A DNA stretch of 64,000 nt. Origin: Owenia fusiformis (Eukaryota). Location of the stretch: contig CAIIXF020000001.1 of assembly GCA_903813345.2 (NCBI GenBank), positions 27,838,001 through 27,902,000 of the forward strand, written 5' to 3'. Under the pieces are notes generated by a model. It had not been told where the DNA came from and made no database searches. It was given only the letters and a program-made list of their open reading frames with translations. A program made the position numbers and the translations under genes. Numbering within the stretch: position 1 is the first letter of the stretch; each line of letters opens with the position of its first letter. Of this stretch, positions 22,101-35,214 are shown in pieces.

Positions 22101-25100
22101 GGTTTTTCTAAAGTTGGACATGTTATTTCTGAAAGAAAGAAGAATGCGTGCAAACAAAAACATACAAATGATGCGTATGATAGGTTGATATGTAGGCTAC
22201 GGTAAAAACATTTGACATAAAGTAGTTACATTCAGTGCTCAAGAATAGCGTTTTTACCTGTGCATTTTCCAAATAATGTATCATTCCAAGTTCCATTTGA
22301 CAGACATGTGAGAATGGAGGAACCATTTACATAGAACCCCTCATCACAAACTAACTCGACTTCTGCTCCGATTGAATTATTGACACTGGACAACGTTCCG
22401 TTATTTGGTTTTTCTAAAGTTGGACATGTTATTTCTGAAAGAAAGAAGAATGCGTGCAAACAAAAACATACAAATGATGCGTAATAGGTTGATATGTAGG
22501 CTACGGTAAAAACATTTGACATAAAGTAGTTACATTCAGTGCTCAAGAATAACGTTTTTACCTGTGCATTTTCCAAATAATGTATCATTCCAAGTTCCAT
22601 TTGACAGACATGTGAGAATGGAGGAACCATTTACATAGAACCCCTCATCACAAACCAACTCGACTTCTGCTCCGATTGAATTATTGACACTGGACAACAT
22701 TCCATTATTTGGTTTTCCTAAAGTTGGACATGTTATTTCTGAAAGAAAGAAGAATGCGTGCAAACAAAAACATACAAATGATGCGTAATAGGTTGATATG
22801 TAGGCTACGGTAAAACATATGAAATAAAGTGGTTACATATACAGTGCTCAAGAATAGCGTTTTACCTGTGCATTTTCCAAATAAATCATTCCAAGTTCCA
22901 TTTGACAGACATGTAAGAATTGAGGACCCATTGACGTCGAACCCCTCATCACAAATAAGCTCAACCTCTGCTCCGATTGAGTTATTGAAACTAGACAAAA
23001 TGCCATTGTTTGGTTTTTCTAAAGTAGGGCATGTTATCTCTGAAAGGAGGAATGATGAATTGTGAACTTGCAATACTCAAATAGGCTCCATTTCTTGAAA
23101 GCACAAATACTTTTGAAATATCAAAAGTACACAATTGCACACAACATGCACTACACATACCTTCACAAATTCCAAGTCTTCCATTCCAAGTGCCATTTGA
23201 TAAACACATAACAAAGGATGTGCCATTTACGAAATATCCGTCGTCACAGTTCAATTCTACTTCGGTCCCCACAGATGTGTTAAGATTCGACACACGGCCT
23301 ATTCTTGATATATTTAGAATTGGGCATGAAATGGCTGAAACGAAGATAAATGAATTGTATCTTGTACAATTAACATTTGAAACATACGATCTTTTTGCAG
23401 ACGGCTTCGAACATGTGTGCCGAAAGGAGACTCAGAGCAGACTCGAAACACTTGACGTTGCATTTCAATTTTTATGGGCATGAGTTTGTATAACTTGTGC
23501 TGAGGATGATAGGGGGATGGGGAATCACAACCGATAGGGAAGAGACCTGTTGTAATTTTTACACACTTGATTAATATTATTACCTTCACATGATCCAAGA
23601 TTTGCATCCCAAGTGCCATTCGATAAACATTGAATCGTAGATGTTCCATTCACAAAGAAACCTTTGCTGCAATTCAATCTTACTAATGCTCCTTCCGTTC
23701 TAGAATTGGTGCTTAAAACTCCATTTCTTATGACTGCATTGTTCAGTGAAGGACATTGTTCTAGATAAGAGGAAAGGGAAAATAGTAGGCTATGTAAAGA
23801 TACAATATCGAACTTCACTTATAAATAATAGCAGAAATGCATTAACATCAAAAACTTGAATCTCTGCGTCAAAACAACCCCGTCGAGAAGTAGGCTAAAC
23901 GATCACGATAATGCGATGACCACTGATCAATGGATATGAGTGCATGACTTGAATATCTTTGCTGTACATGTACTTTGATCATCAAAGACTTACTCAAACA
24001 TTTTGCCTGAATTCCGGTCCACGTGCCTTGGATTCCATTTTGCACACAAGTCCTTGTGTTAGACCCTTCTAAGGTGTACCCATCATTACAGCTCAGTGTG
24101 GCAACACTTCCAAGAGATACCCCGGATGTAAAAGTCACATTTCCGTCATCCGGGGACTTTAACTTGTCACATTTGATTTCTAAAAAAGATTGCCACAGAG
24201 TTATTGAATCTGTTACATCTGTTATTGAATGTTCGAAATATAAGTTAGATTAACGTTATAAGTTTATTAAGTGGTGGCACATACCAACGCACGTGTCCGA
24301 TAAACTCCATGTTCTGTCCCCTAAGCAAGAGACAGTAACATTGTTTCCCGTACCAGCGGAGGAGGTAAAGTTACTTTGACATGTCAGTGTAACGTTAAAA
24401 CCGAAGTCATAAAACGCTGATAAGTTTCCTTTGAAAGTGGAAATTACGTTTTCCACTCGTGGTGCATCAGCTATTGGACAACCAATGACTGGAACAGAGA
24501 GGGTATGATTAGTATTTTATGAGTCTTTTTTGTTCATCGTAGTTGTACCTTAAAATTCTATTTATTTGGTTTTGGATTTGTGATGAATTTGTATCTATCG
24601 TTTGATGAAACTTGGGACCTCATATATCATCATCGCAATCACTTAAAAGTAGCAATACATTTATCGACAAAATATGAGGGTACAAAACAATTTCAATTGC
24701 ATCATTAAAGAACCATACCATACCATAAATGATTTTGCAATTGGTCACAAAACACACCAAAGCTTACCTTCAAACTTCAGCCAAAAGCCTTTAGTGATCG
24801 TTCCCTGTGTTTTACTATATAGCAATGTCACAAAATAGGAATCCGTAATTATTGATCCGGAATCAGTCTGAGCCATGTCGCAAATGTCCTCCTGCCTAAT
24901 ACCAGCATCCGTTGCCAAATCACCATGTCCCACTCGTAGATAGTCTATTGTACATCCTTTCGAAGATATCTGCATTCCTATGTCTTCAAAGAAAAGCTTC
25001 ACTCTTTGGCCAGGCTTTCCGGAAAGTATCTTCCATTGGCATCTCGACGAGTCTTTTGCCCTTGGGTAACGTACTGAGACTATCTCTCCAGAAACATCTT

Positions 25101-26268
25101 TCAAAATGCCCCCACATTTTTGCAGAGCTAAAAAGCGTATGATGCATGTAGAAACAAAACATAAATAATCAAATTGAAAATACAATGGTCAACTCCAGAA
25201 CACCGTAGCACTCCGCAAACTTTATTATCATTGAAAACTTACCCTTAGCTTCGATTTGAAACCCCTTAGCTCTATTATCACGAACATTGTTATCTCTAAA
25301 GAACTCCAAACATGCCTCGTGTCCGTTTATGAAAATATTATCTCGGAATTTATCACCAGTTTTAAAATCCACTCTAATAGTTCTAATTAAGGTACTGAAA
25401 AACCCGCAGTAATAGCCATCGTAAATATCAATGACATCTCCTGGGTTAACGTCCCAGTGTTTGATTGTGATACGAAGAGTAGTGCTAAAAGATGAAAGTC
25501 CTGGTATCACGGCTACTTGTCGCCACACACAGGAACTCCCTGGGGTATAGGGATCGGGCCAACCCGGCGATGTGATGGTTTTCCATTTGGTACCAACATT
25601 AGGACAGGTTTGAGAAGTAACTAGAAATATATATTACTTCAAGAATTAGTAACAAAAAACATAAACCTACATGTGACAAATCTAGAGAGGTACAATGAAT
25701 CAACAAAAAATGAACACAAATGTGATAAGTAAAATTTAAAATAAAATTTTGATGAAATCTTACAATCACTTCACAGTTACAGCCTGAGCTAAATGTATTT
25801 GGGATTTTGAAGTTGGAGGCCTCGAGACTGTTGTTGTAAAGGTGGTCCAATGGATGAATAAGACTATGAAATACTTTCAGTGGTAACTTTCGCATATTAA
25901 TTATGTTTAATATTTTATGTTTTATTCGCGCAAGTTCTTGGCATCTTATCGACACACTCTCGACCAAAGACGAGTCTCTGCAAAACGAACACAGTTAATT
26001 TTCATAATAGTTGTTTTCAATTTGATTTTTTTAATTTCTGATATAATTGCTGAAATGCATAATGTCGAAAATGAAGAAAGAGTAATATTGAGGCTAATTA
26101 TATAATCTAGATGGAGATAAACAACAGAAACAACAGTTCTTTGTAAAATTTAATATAGCGTTGGCTAAAAAGGATGGCACGTTACTAACCTGATGTGAAA
26201 TATCCAACAAAAGCTAAATTGAAAAGAGTGCAGACACTCCATGAATATGAAAAAGATCCTCGGTCCAT
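19107..26268 (-). CDS. Type I membrane protein: signal peptide, 2 CUB, 9 Sushi/CCP, Thr/Ser-rich stalk, TM, Tyr-rich tail (~1055 aa)
   Basis: 15 GT-AG exons in frame: 26190-26268 (signal), 25243-25620 and 24768-25127 (CUB; ITSPGWPDPY..C.W, CGG..SGEI.S..YP), Sushi 24285-24488, 23994-24179, 23584-23760, 23161-23334, 22866-23039, 22562-22738, 22258-22434, 21952-22128, 21687-21866, stalk 19760-20131, TM 19512-19593 (VLVGMIIGIVAIILLVIAIVGLVW), tail 19107-19377. All domain exons are phase 1-1. Confidence 0.9.
20289..20722. repeat. 31-bp minisatellite, ~14 copies
   Basis: Unit GCTGTGTATAGATGTATGCCTGTGTATCAGT, head-to-tail with few variants, in the intron before the stalk exon. Confidence 0.97.
21950..22900. 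repeat. ~304-bp tandem duplication (Sushi exon plus intron), ~3 copies
   Basis: Exon starts at 22128, 22434 and 22738; introns as well as exons are nearly identical. Confidence 0.95.
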
Positions 26269-27379
26269 TATAGTTTTCTAAAAAGTTTATAAAAACGCCA
26301 TACTGATGTAAATGTCCTTCTTTCTAGGCTTCACGCTCGAGTACAGAATTCTTCCAAAACTTCAAGAACAACACTTTAGTGACATGAAATTGACATGAAG
26401 TGACATGAAATTATCTTTGCTATACAATGTAAATAAATAAAATTAATAGTAAATGATTATATAGTGGATATGTATTTACAGTGATGCTGATTAGAATGTT
26501 GGACATTAATACCTCAACTGATTAAAGTATCTGTTCATCCTACTCTTATTTGAGTACCGTGTAGGAAGTTGGAGAATCGTACGATTAAACGTGTATTTTG
26601 ATCAAACGGAATCATGGAAGTTTATAATTTTGATAAAAACTAAGCCTAGAAGTCAAGAAACCTTAAAAAGTATTTCTTAAAATACAGTTTGTTGTCATTA
26701 TCTTAAAGCCTGACAACGTTTTGTCAAAGCATAACTTGTTATACTAGTTTTCTAATTACATATTATGGACATTAAGAGGTTTAGCATGTAATCTTACGAG
26801 ACTGTTAGGGTTGTCAAACATCGCAGGGGGAATATAATCACATTCTTTAATTAATACACTTTAACGGATTTATTATTAATAATGTTTATGCACTAAAAGT
26901 GAAACTTGCTGAAAACAATGAAGATTCGAACATTTTTTAATTGGCGACAAAGTTCCCTTGGAATTGTATGTTGGTGTCTCTCTTACAATTAGTTTTCAAA
27001 ACATATCCACCAACTTTGTATGTAACATACGTATTATAACATTGTGACATGAATGAAATTTGCAAAGATTCATGGAGTTGGATTTTCTATTACATGATCA
27101 CTTCTTTAAATTGATCGTTTCAAGATATGTTTGAAAGTCTTTTATAGTCACTTAACTCAAGGCCGCTTTTAGACTAAATTCTTAAAGAGAGTGACAGTGT
27201 AGTATGTGCAAGAGATGTGGTAAATATAAAGGTGATCGATGACCAATACAAATCAATAAACATAGGACTTATTGAGTCGTATTGATAGTCGAAACATAAA
27301 TAAACGTAGTTGATATACGAGATACGAGGGTTGATTCAAAACTATAATGAACATTTAATATTTAATATCAGCTAGATCA

Positions 27380-27740
27380 TTGTAACCACGAATTAACAAA
27401 GGTGGACACATATTTCTAAAGACAGTAACTAGTAAATAATGTTGCAATCTCAATTACAATTGTCAATCAAAATCCAGATTATTGCATTCAAGGTATTTTA
27501 ACATTCTATAAATATGACAGGTCCTAAAATAGACCCCTGTGATACCCCAAAAGTAAACATACCATATTGAAACTTGGTGATTTTCTAAAATCGTACAACT
27601 AAAATCTTCTGTGCATTTAATTGTTTCATCCAAAAGCTGAAGTTAATATGTATGTTGAAATAATATATAATATGTATTATGATAAATTGTGTCAAATGCC
27701 TTCGAGAGGTTTAGATACAGTATTCATATCTACTGTATCT
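27380..27740 (-). pseudogene. Old CR1/L2-type LINE reverse-transcriptase fragment
   Basis: Minus strand reads FGVSQGSILGPVIFI (~27510-27555) and an LSKAFDTI-like motif (~27685-27710); disrupted. Confidence 0.6.
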
Positions 27741-28854
27741 TGCCAATATTATTTGTGTTTCATGTATTCCGTTTGTACTCATCAAGAAATGAGATGCAGT
27801 GAAATTTCTAATTGGTTGTGTCGAGGAAAATGAAACATATCTAATGGCAAAAGGCTGACACTGACTTTAATTTTTTTGTGAGCTTCATAGTACCATAACC
27901 GTTGACCTATATTACAGTCTTAGTAAACAAAATTTCTAAAGATAACAAATTATTTCTACAGAGAGCCAACAAAACATTCTAAAGACCAAGCACAAATACT
28001 GGTACTACACTCGAATACGCTGTTACCGAAATGGATCCGTTTTGGTAACAAGATGGATACGATTCCGGTTGGAAAGTCCGGTAAGATTTTTTCTTTTTCC
28101 TTGATTTCTCGAGACCATTTCTCGAATTCATCCCAATCGTTTCGGCACAAACATTCACAAGTATCATATGTTTCTAGAAATTCAAACAAAATGTTGTGAG
28201 AATTCTGCTTACTCGTGAAATGAAGAAAAAGTTCAAACTGGACATGCTCCGACGGGAAGGTGATCTATAATTTTGAATTCAAAATTCAATGGCGACTATA
28301 CGACGTTATTGCCGTACCTCGACCCTACTACATTGTAGGGACGCACTGACGACGTTATACAATCGGATATCAAATTCCAGTATACGTGTGCACATCGATA
28401 TTGTGCAACCTGAAAGAAGTACAAATGAGATGGACGTATGAAGACTGTTTATGAACGAAGTAGCTAATTATTTTAGACATATTTCCCGACCACAGCCAGA
28501 TTTAGCCCGTTTACGACATTTTTGTAGGACTAGAAAGAACGGTTGAGAACTAGTTTAGTGCGATAGAGGTTACTTACTACTTGGAACCGGTAGTTCTTAA
28601 ACTAAGCCTTTTGAGAAAAAAAATTGTTGGCTCTAGAAACAGAAAACGGGGGCATTGATGTCCCCATTCTGGTTCGAAGATGCCCAAGGAAATCTGTAAC
28701 GGTGAATTTCGAAAGGTATCGGAAAGTAACGTGAGTGTTGAGTGTTGAGTGTCGAGTGTCGAGTTTGAATAACGTCTTCCAATCCTCTTTTTTGGATTTT
28801 TATAAGCCTTATATGGATCTATCACATGGATAACAAGTGTCTCAATATCAATTC

Positions 28855-31800
28855 TTTTTTTATAAAATTATTTATTCAACATATATACAAGTTACAAAAT
28901 ACATTTACACATGCATTTACATCTAATATAAAAGGATATACATGTTATAAAATAAAACAGGTTATTTTAGAAATTCACTTAAGCATCTTTGTAAAGAGTT
29001 ACAAATTTTGTTCTTATATGATTCAAAATATACTGCTATTTTTTATTTAAAACATGACTTTTTATAAGATTCTGGATCTTCAGAGTTTTTCAACTAGAGG
29101 TTATGAATACATCTCATAACTATTGTAATGATAAGAGTTCTATATTTCAAAACATTGCTATTACTCTGGTATCCTAAAAGAAGTATCTTCCAGGAGATGT
29201 TACACTTAAAAAACTTTTCCAAGATGACCCAAATATGTTTTACAATTTTACAGTTAAAAATTAAATGTTCGATATCTTGATCAACTTTACATTCAATACA
29301 TTTTTTAGAAACATTTCTGTACCACTTACTCACAAGTTTACCACAAGGTAGAATATTATGTAGAAGTTTAAAATTGAATTCGGACAATTTTTGGCAGTCA
29401 ATGTTTTTGATTTTAAATTCATGGATCTTCCTGGTATATGATTGGCTAATATCTTGATTAAACATTTCTTTCCAATTCTTTTCTGCTATTGGTTTTACAA
29501 ATTTTTCATTTGTTAAAATCTTATAAAAGAAGTTTGACTTAAAAAATTATATATTTTTAAAGCCACACTCTTTATACAGAAAGAGATTTGTATAAATTAT
29601 ATTTGTAAAATTCATGTGTTTCCTTTCTTGGTGTGTTACATGTTTTAAAGCCATTTTGATTTTCATATATTCTATCATCCAATTCCTACTATTTTGAAGT
29701 CTTCGTAGTAGATGTCTTTCATCTATAAAATTACCTTCTTCATTAAAGAAATCTTTTACATACATATATCCTGCATCTCTCCAATTTTTATAGTACATAT
29801 ATTTATCTTGGTAGAGAAATCTTTTATTCAACCAAATTATTTCAGAACCTGGATTTCGTGAATTGTTTATTTCTTTACACTTATTATGTGCAATAAAGAT
29901 TGATTTGTAGAAATGATATCTGTTCAAAATTTAAGTATTTTCATCAAAATTCGTTTTTAGAAAATCGTCAATTGTAAAGCCAATTCTTTTTATTATAAAA
30001 GTTGGAATGATTCACCAGGATGTATCAGCGTTTTTTAGACGTTTTACCCATGCCGCTTTGAGAGCTTCAATTTTGCTTTGTATATGCACAAGGTTGATAC
30101 CACCATCTATGACATTACCTATTCAGCGGTGGCGGTAGGCATATATTCTTGTGAGTCATCATGACTCAGGTAGTTTCAAAAAAGTGAGTCACAAGAAAAA
30201 AAGTTGAGTCAAAGCTATAAAAGTGTTTTTCTTGAGTAAAAATGCATACAAAATGTAGAAACCACATACAAAATCTATTTTTTGATTTTGTGCATACGTT
30301 TTATTGTACTCTTATAGCACATTAACAACTAACAATTAATTAATTAGGCAATTGCAAGAAAAATGTCACTATTAATCATTTGATTATCTGGTCCAGCGAG
30401 TCATGGGTGTGAATGGAGTGGGAGAGGAGTTTCTCCCTGTGTGGAGTTACACAAATTGGGGTCAAAGCGTTTCATGTTGAAATTCAACATTTTAGCAATC
30501 ATTCCAAAGTCTAAAACGGCAATATAAGTCCGACCACAATACTGGGCATCATTTAAATTGAATACGGTAGAATCTTGTAATTATAAAATGAAACCGAAAG
30601 TAGATTTGTTTTCATACCTAATTTATCATCATTACCCCCCTAATGTGCGATCGACTGGATTTTCATGTGCCCATTATCTATCTTCATAGGATCAGCTTCA
30701 GATCTAGTGAATCGAAGATCTTAACTTGAGGGAGTTAATTGAAAATACTTGGTGAAAACTTACGATAGATCGGTCACTGTGAGCACCATTGATAAACCTA
30801 CTGCGCATTACATCTGCGCATGCTGATGAAGGGGACGGCTCAAGGAAACTTGCTAACTTAGCGAAGGAATTTTGCGAACTTGCGAAGGAAACTAAAGGTT
30901 CGTAAATCTAGCGTGTGAATATTCAAGGAAAGATTTTATGCGGTAATTTAGATAAATATACGATCACTAAAATCCTTAGAAGGGAGTATGAAATTAATAA
31001 ATTATTGTTCAATGTTATGTTCGTTTTATTGCATTTTTGATACGCCCCCTAGCACACGAGATAAACAAATCGAGGGATCGATCAATGTTTTCAAGTTTAT
31101 CATTGAATCTGAATCACAGGGCTTTAAAAATTATATGAAATACCGAAATAAGAAAATGATCGGTAGGAAGGAGGCTCGATTGCGCTGAACGAAATGTTAG
31201 ATTTCCGGAATTAGCAAAATTATAAATTTGATCAATCACGTATTTTCACGTATAGGGATCAATTTAACCAAGTACCAAGCGGGGATTTTGCATGTGAAAC
31301 AAACGTGCGTCAGAAAGACTCGGTAGACAATGAATATTTGCGTCAGAGTTGCAAAAATGTGAGTAAAAAACGTAAAAAATTGCGTTAACGCCACCTCTGC
31401 TATTAATGTGTTTCTTTTTATCTTATCCTTTTTCCACAAGAACTTAAACATAATTTTGTTAATCTTATCAATGATTTTATCAGGTATTTCTAGAATACTA
31501 AAATTATATATAAGTTGCGCAATACCTAAAGTGTTGATAATATGGGCTTTACCAAAAAGAGTTAGTTTTCGTTTTTTCCATGATTCAAACATTTTTTCTA
31601 TGTTCTTTATTTTATTATTCCAATTTCTTTCAGTGCATTCATTTTTGTCATTTCCTAAATAAATACCGAAACATTTTATCGGTTCTTACTTAAAAGTAGT
31701 ATTTTCAAATTTTTCTCCACTGCCCTTGTAATTACCAAGCCATATACCCTCTGTTTTCTCTAAGTTTTTAGTAAACTCATTTATTGTTTTGATTGCTTCT

Positions 31801-31945
31801 TTGATAGAGTGCTTCTTTGATAGAGCGAGAGTTGTGTCATCTGCGTGTTGGACTATTTTTTGATTTTATCTTTTTCAATTTTAATTCCTTCAATTTTACA
31901 ATTATTTCTTAATTTGTTTGCCAATTTGTAATTTGTTAATTTGTT
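28855..31945 (-). mobile_element. 5'-truncated Tx1/L1-clade non-LTR retrotransposon, decayed, with a nested DNA transposon
   Basis: TSD TGTCTCAATATCAATTC at 28838-28854 and 31946-31962; AATAAA plus short poly(A) at the 3' end. ORF2 pieces: QHADDTTL (~31830-31856), WKKRKLTLFGKAHIINTL, NTLIGNVIDGGINL across the insertion, and zf-RVT FNFKLLHNILP...C..C...EHLIFNC; several frameshifts. Confidence 0.92.
30124..31399 (+). mobile_element. 1276-bp non-autonomous TIR DNA transposon, copy 2
   Basis: Same termini as copy 1; 5-bp TSD CTATT. Removing the element and one TSD copy restores the LINE reading frame locally. Confidence 0.93.
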
Positions 31946-32810
31946 TGTCTCAATATCAATTCTGATCTTTTGGAAATCCCCACTCCGGGACCAATTATGT
32001 CAATAATGGATGAGTAATAACACTTCAAAATCAGTACAATTAGCTACTCTTCTGAAAAAAACATCAACAAAAACACGGCCTTTTTATTAGCACTTTTTGA
32101 ACGTCCTGTAAATATCTTATAGGTTGTTTACCTGTGTATAATCTGCCAAGGGGAGCATACCCGGATTTTCCCGACAGTTAGAAAGGTGTGTGAAAAACAA
32201 AAATAATTCAATGTATTGAATGACAAGTATTGAATGTGTATGGTATTGTGTTGCAATGTATTGTGTTTTTCAGTTGCCATTGTTTTTTTTCAAGTACACA
32301 TTTCACCTTGCTATTATTGATTCCAGAATTGATGACACCGTAACATCATTGTGTCATTTGAGACAATGAATATCTATCCTATGCGCACGTAGGCCTGACG
32401 TAATACTAATAATCCAATGAATTTGAATTTTTACTTGATCATATATCAATAGGACACGATCATGTAATGACGATGTTCGAGTACTGATTGATTATTTGCT
32501 GGATTCTTGACCTGTACGTAGATACTGTAGATCCTTTCCCCAGAGAACTTAAACTGCTGATTGGCTACTCAGATGCGGCTGTTCAACCTCATTTGATTAC
32601 GCAAAGGCACTGTACTTTTAACCATGTAAAGTGCCCTGAAATATGAAACTAAATGGTCAAAATATTGAATATCACTTGACATCTAAACCTTGACAATTAA
32701 TGTAAAATCAAGAATAGATAACCTTGTTTCAAAATATGTACATTGTCACGGAGTGCCCATAACTTTTGATTTTGGTGACGATATAACTTATTTACCGATA
32801 ACTGTTTTAA

Positions 32811-33235
32811 ATATTTATAGGATATCCTATGATTTTGAGGAATATCATTTTTATCTACGAGGTGATATTGATATCTGCACGAGAGAGCGAAGCGAACGAG
32901 TGCATTTATCAATATCACAGAGTAGATTAAAATGATATTCTGAAAAAATCATAGGATGTTCTTATTATCCTACACTTACAAGGAAAGTACTAAATGTATA
33001 ATATCATTGCAAAATGAATTCCATGCCAAATAGAGTCAATTTGGCGGGAAATCAACAAGCGGAGTATATCGTCACGATATCCTCCGCATATTGGGGTTTC
33101 CGGAGTATATCGTCACGATATCCTCCGCCCGGAGTATATCGTTACGATATCCTCCGGATATTCATTTTGCCAATAAATATCAAATTTATTTTTTAATGTT
33201 ATTATACATTTAGTATACTAAGTGTAGGATAATAA
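32811..33235 (+). mobile_element. Hairpin-rich non-autonomous element (long stem around GAGCGAAGCGAACGAG, then TTATTAT..ATAATAA inverted pair)
   Basis: Stem 32818-32960; TTATTATCCTACACTTA / TAAGTGTAGGATAATAA; internal repeats of CGGAGTATATCGTCACGATATCCTC (33060-33160). Confidence 0.7.
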
Positions 33236-35214
33236 TTGATATTAATTGATATGTGTCCTGATATGTGTCTAATTTGATTGGATGAGATTAAATTTGACCA
33301 ATTATGCTACTTGCTTTATCACAGACCGAATGTAAACTTAATGCCAACCGGGACATATCATTTTGAAGCGGCAATGTAACTGCATGTCTTCATAGGGAGC
33401 AAATCATGCGAGGGGCGTGGTTTATATAATTTGGTCTGAAAAGTTCAACATTACTTTTGATTGGTCATAAGTATTTATATTCGATGAATTAGAAACAGTC
33501 AGAGGGTATATCATACGTGAAATCAAGGATTTGTAAAAAGAAATGCGCATAATGCATACCAGTATTTATATTTTTTCATTTTATGAACAATCTCTTTGAT
33601 AATCAATGCCGTAAATACGTCAGAGAAGTTTTGCTTTGATAAATCTCGTTTTTTCAGGAGCATCACATGATCATTACTTACAATGTGACAGTCACTGTAT
33701 ACCTTCTTTTATTAAAGTAAAAATAAGAATAAAAAAATATATGTATATCAATTTCAATTATATGCAATTCAATCGGAGCCCTGATAAAGATTAACGCTTG
33801 ACGTATATTTCGAAATTTATTAATTTTCCTGTCCATATGGTCATTATGGTATATATATGGTCATCAGTAAAACGATCATCAGTATTGTCACCGAGACACC
33901 CAACTATTATGATGTTATAATAAAACGACACGATCATAATAAAGCTACATAGCGTTATTTCCAGGATATAACCTAATTAGATTAATAGTCTCAATAGAGA
34001 CATCAAAATAGAAAACACGCTATTTTTATATTCAACAACATCATTTTCTGAAACCTCAAATACTAAATTAAGGTTACACACTGGTGAAAAATATTTCAAT
34101 GCTATATCATACTGGCAATGATTTGATGAGTGTTCAGCTTTAGGGTTAAATCATTTTGTGATATCAGACTTTTGAAAATGACTTTCTTCAGTATAATCTT
34201 GGATAAACATATCTTGGATTGATTGAATAACACCCTGTTACCTGTACTGGCATTTAAATGCATTTTTGATAGTAAGATAATTCACCAGATAACAGAAGAA
34301 AACATACAAAAAATAAAAAAAAACTTCAATGACATTATGCTTCGTTCGTTGGAATAATAAATGTTAATAGCCTAGTTGCTTGTGCAGCATATGTCCTCTG
34401 AAGATTTCAAAGCTCTTGGAATTACAGTTTTCGGTGTTTACTCGATAACATTTAACAAAAAGTAGGACTGTCATTTTCAGGGAACTTTCTTGTGTTTAAA
34501 GTCAATGGCAGGTTTCATGATTGTCATCAATGGCCACACAAATTAACACTGTTATTGGTATCAAGTCATATCCACATTCGTTTCATGTACAGTATAACCA
34601 TAGAGCCTATTTGACCTGTAATCGCCATCTCCCAAGTTTGCCCGGTTCCCTAGAATTTTCTAATTTTGACGCAAAAATGACAAATTTTCTTTAAATATCG
34701 AATAATTGATTTTCTTTTGATTTCTGTAAGATATGAAAGAAAATTCAAAACTGAGAATGAATTATGGCATCAACATGAATTTTAGACCTTTCTCTACAAC
34801 ATGTGATGATATGAGCCAATTCACGTATGTATTAAGGAATATATAGCCTGTTGCAGCGGTTGGCCTTTTGGACCACCCTGTACATATACAGTATGCGCAT
34901 GTTGTGTGGCAGTTACTCTTGTATAGGGTTGAAAGATAAAGTTAAATTTTCATATGAATTTATTGTTGCGCCATTGAATGTGTCGTAACGTGATGAGCAG
35001 GCTTAAATGCAGATCATCATTCTTAACGCCACTCGTCCTTTGAATTAAATTGTTGAATGATATCTGATCATCTCTGCGATGCTAATCGATCCTTAAGCGC
35101 AACACCAATCCTATATATATGATAAAAACCTCGACAAACTTGCGACAAGAACCATTCTGGAGGAACTAGGTTTCAAAACAGGGAACTTCGGCAGTGAAGT
35201 AGCGCAATCGTAAT

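Noticed and set aside
25599-25979. Extra exon of the CUB-Sushi gene
   Set aside because: The candidate acceptor gives a stop in the required phase; exon 1 splices cleanly to 25620.
27878-32177. Solo LTR (TG...CA) hosting the LINE
   Set aside because: No TSD or second copy visible; boundaries unsupported.
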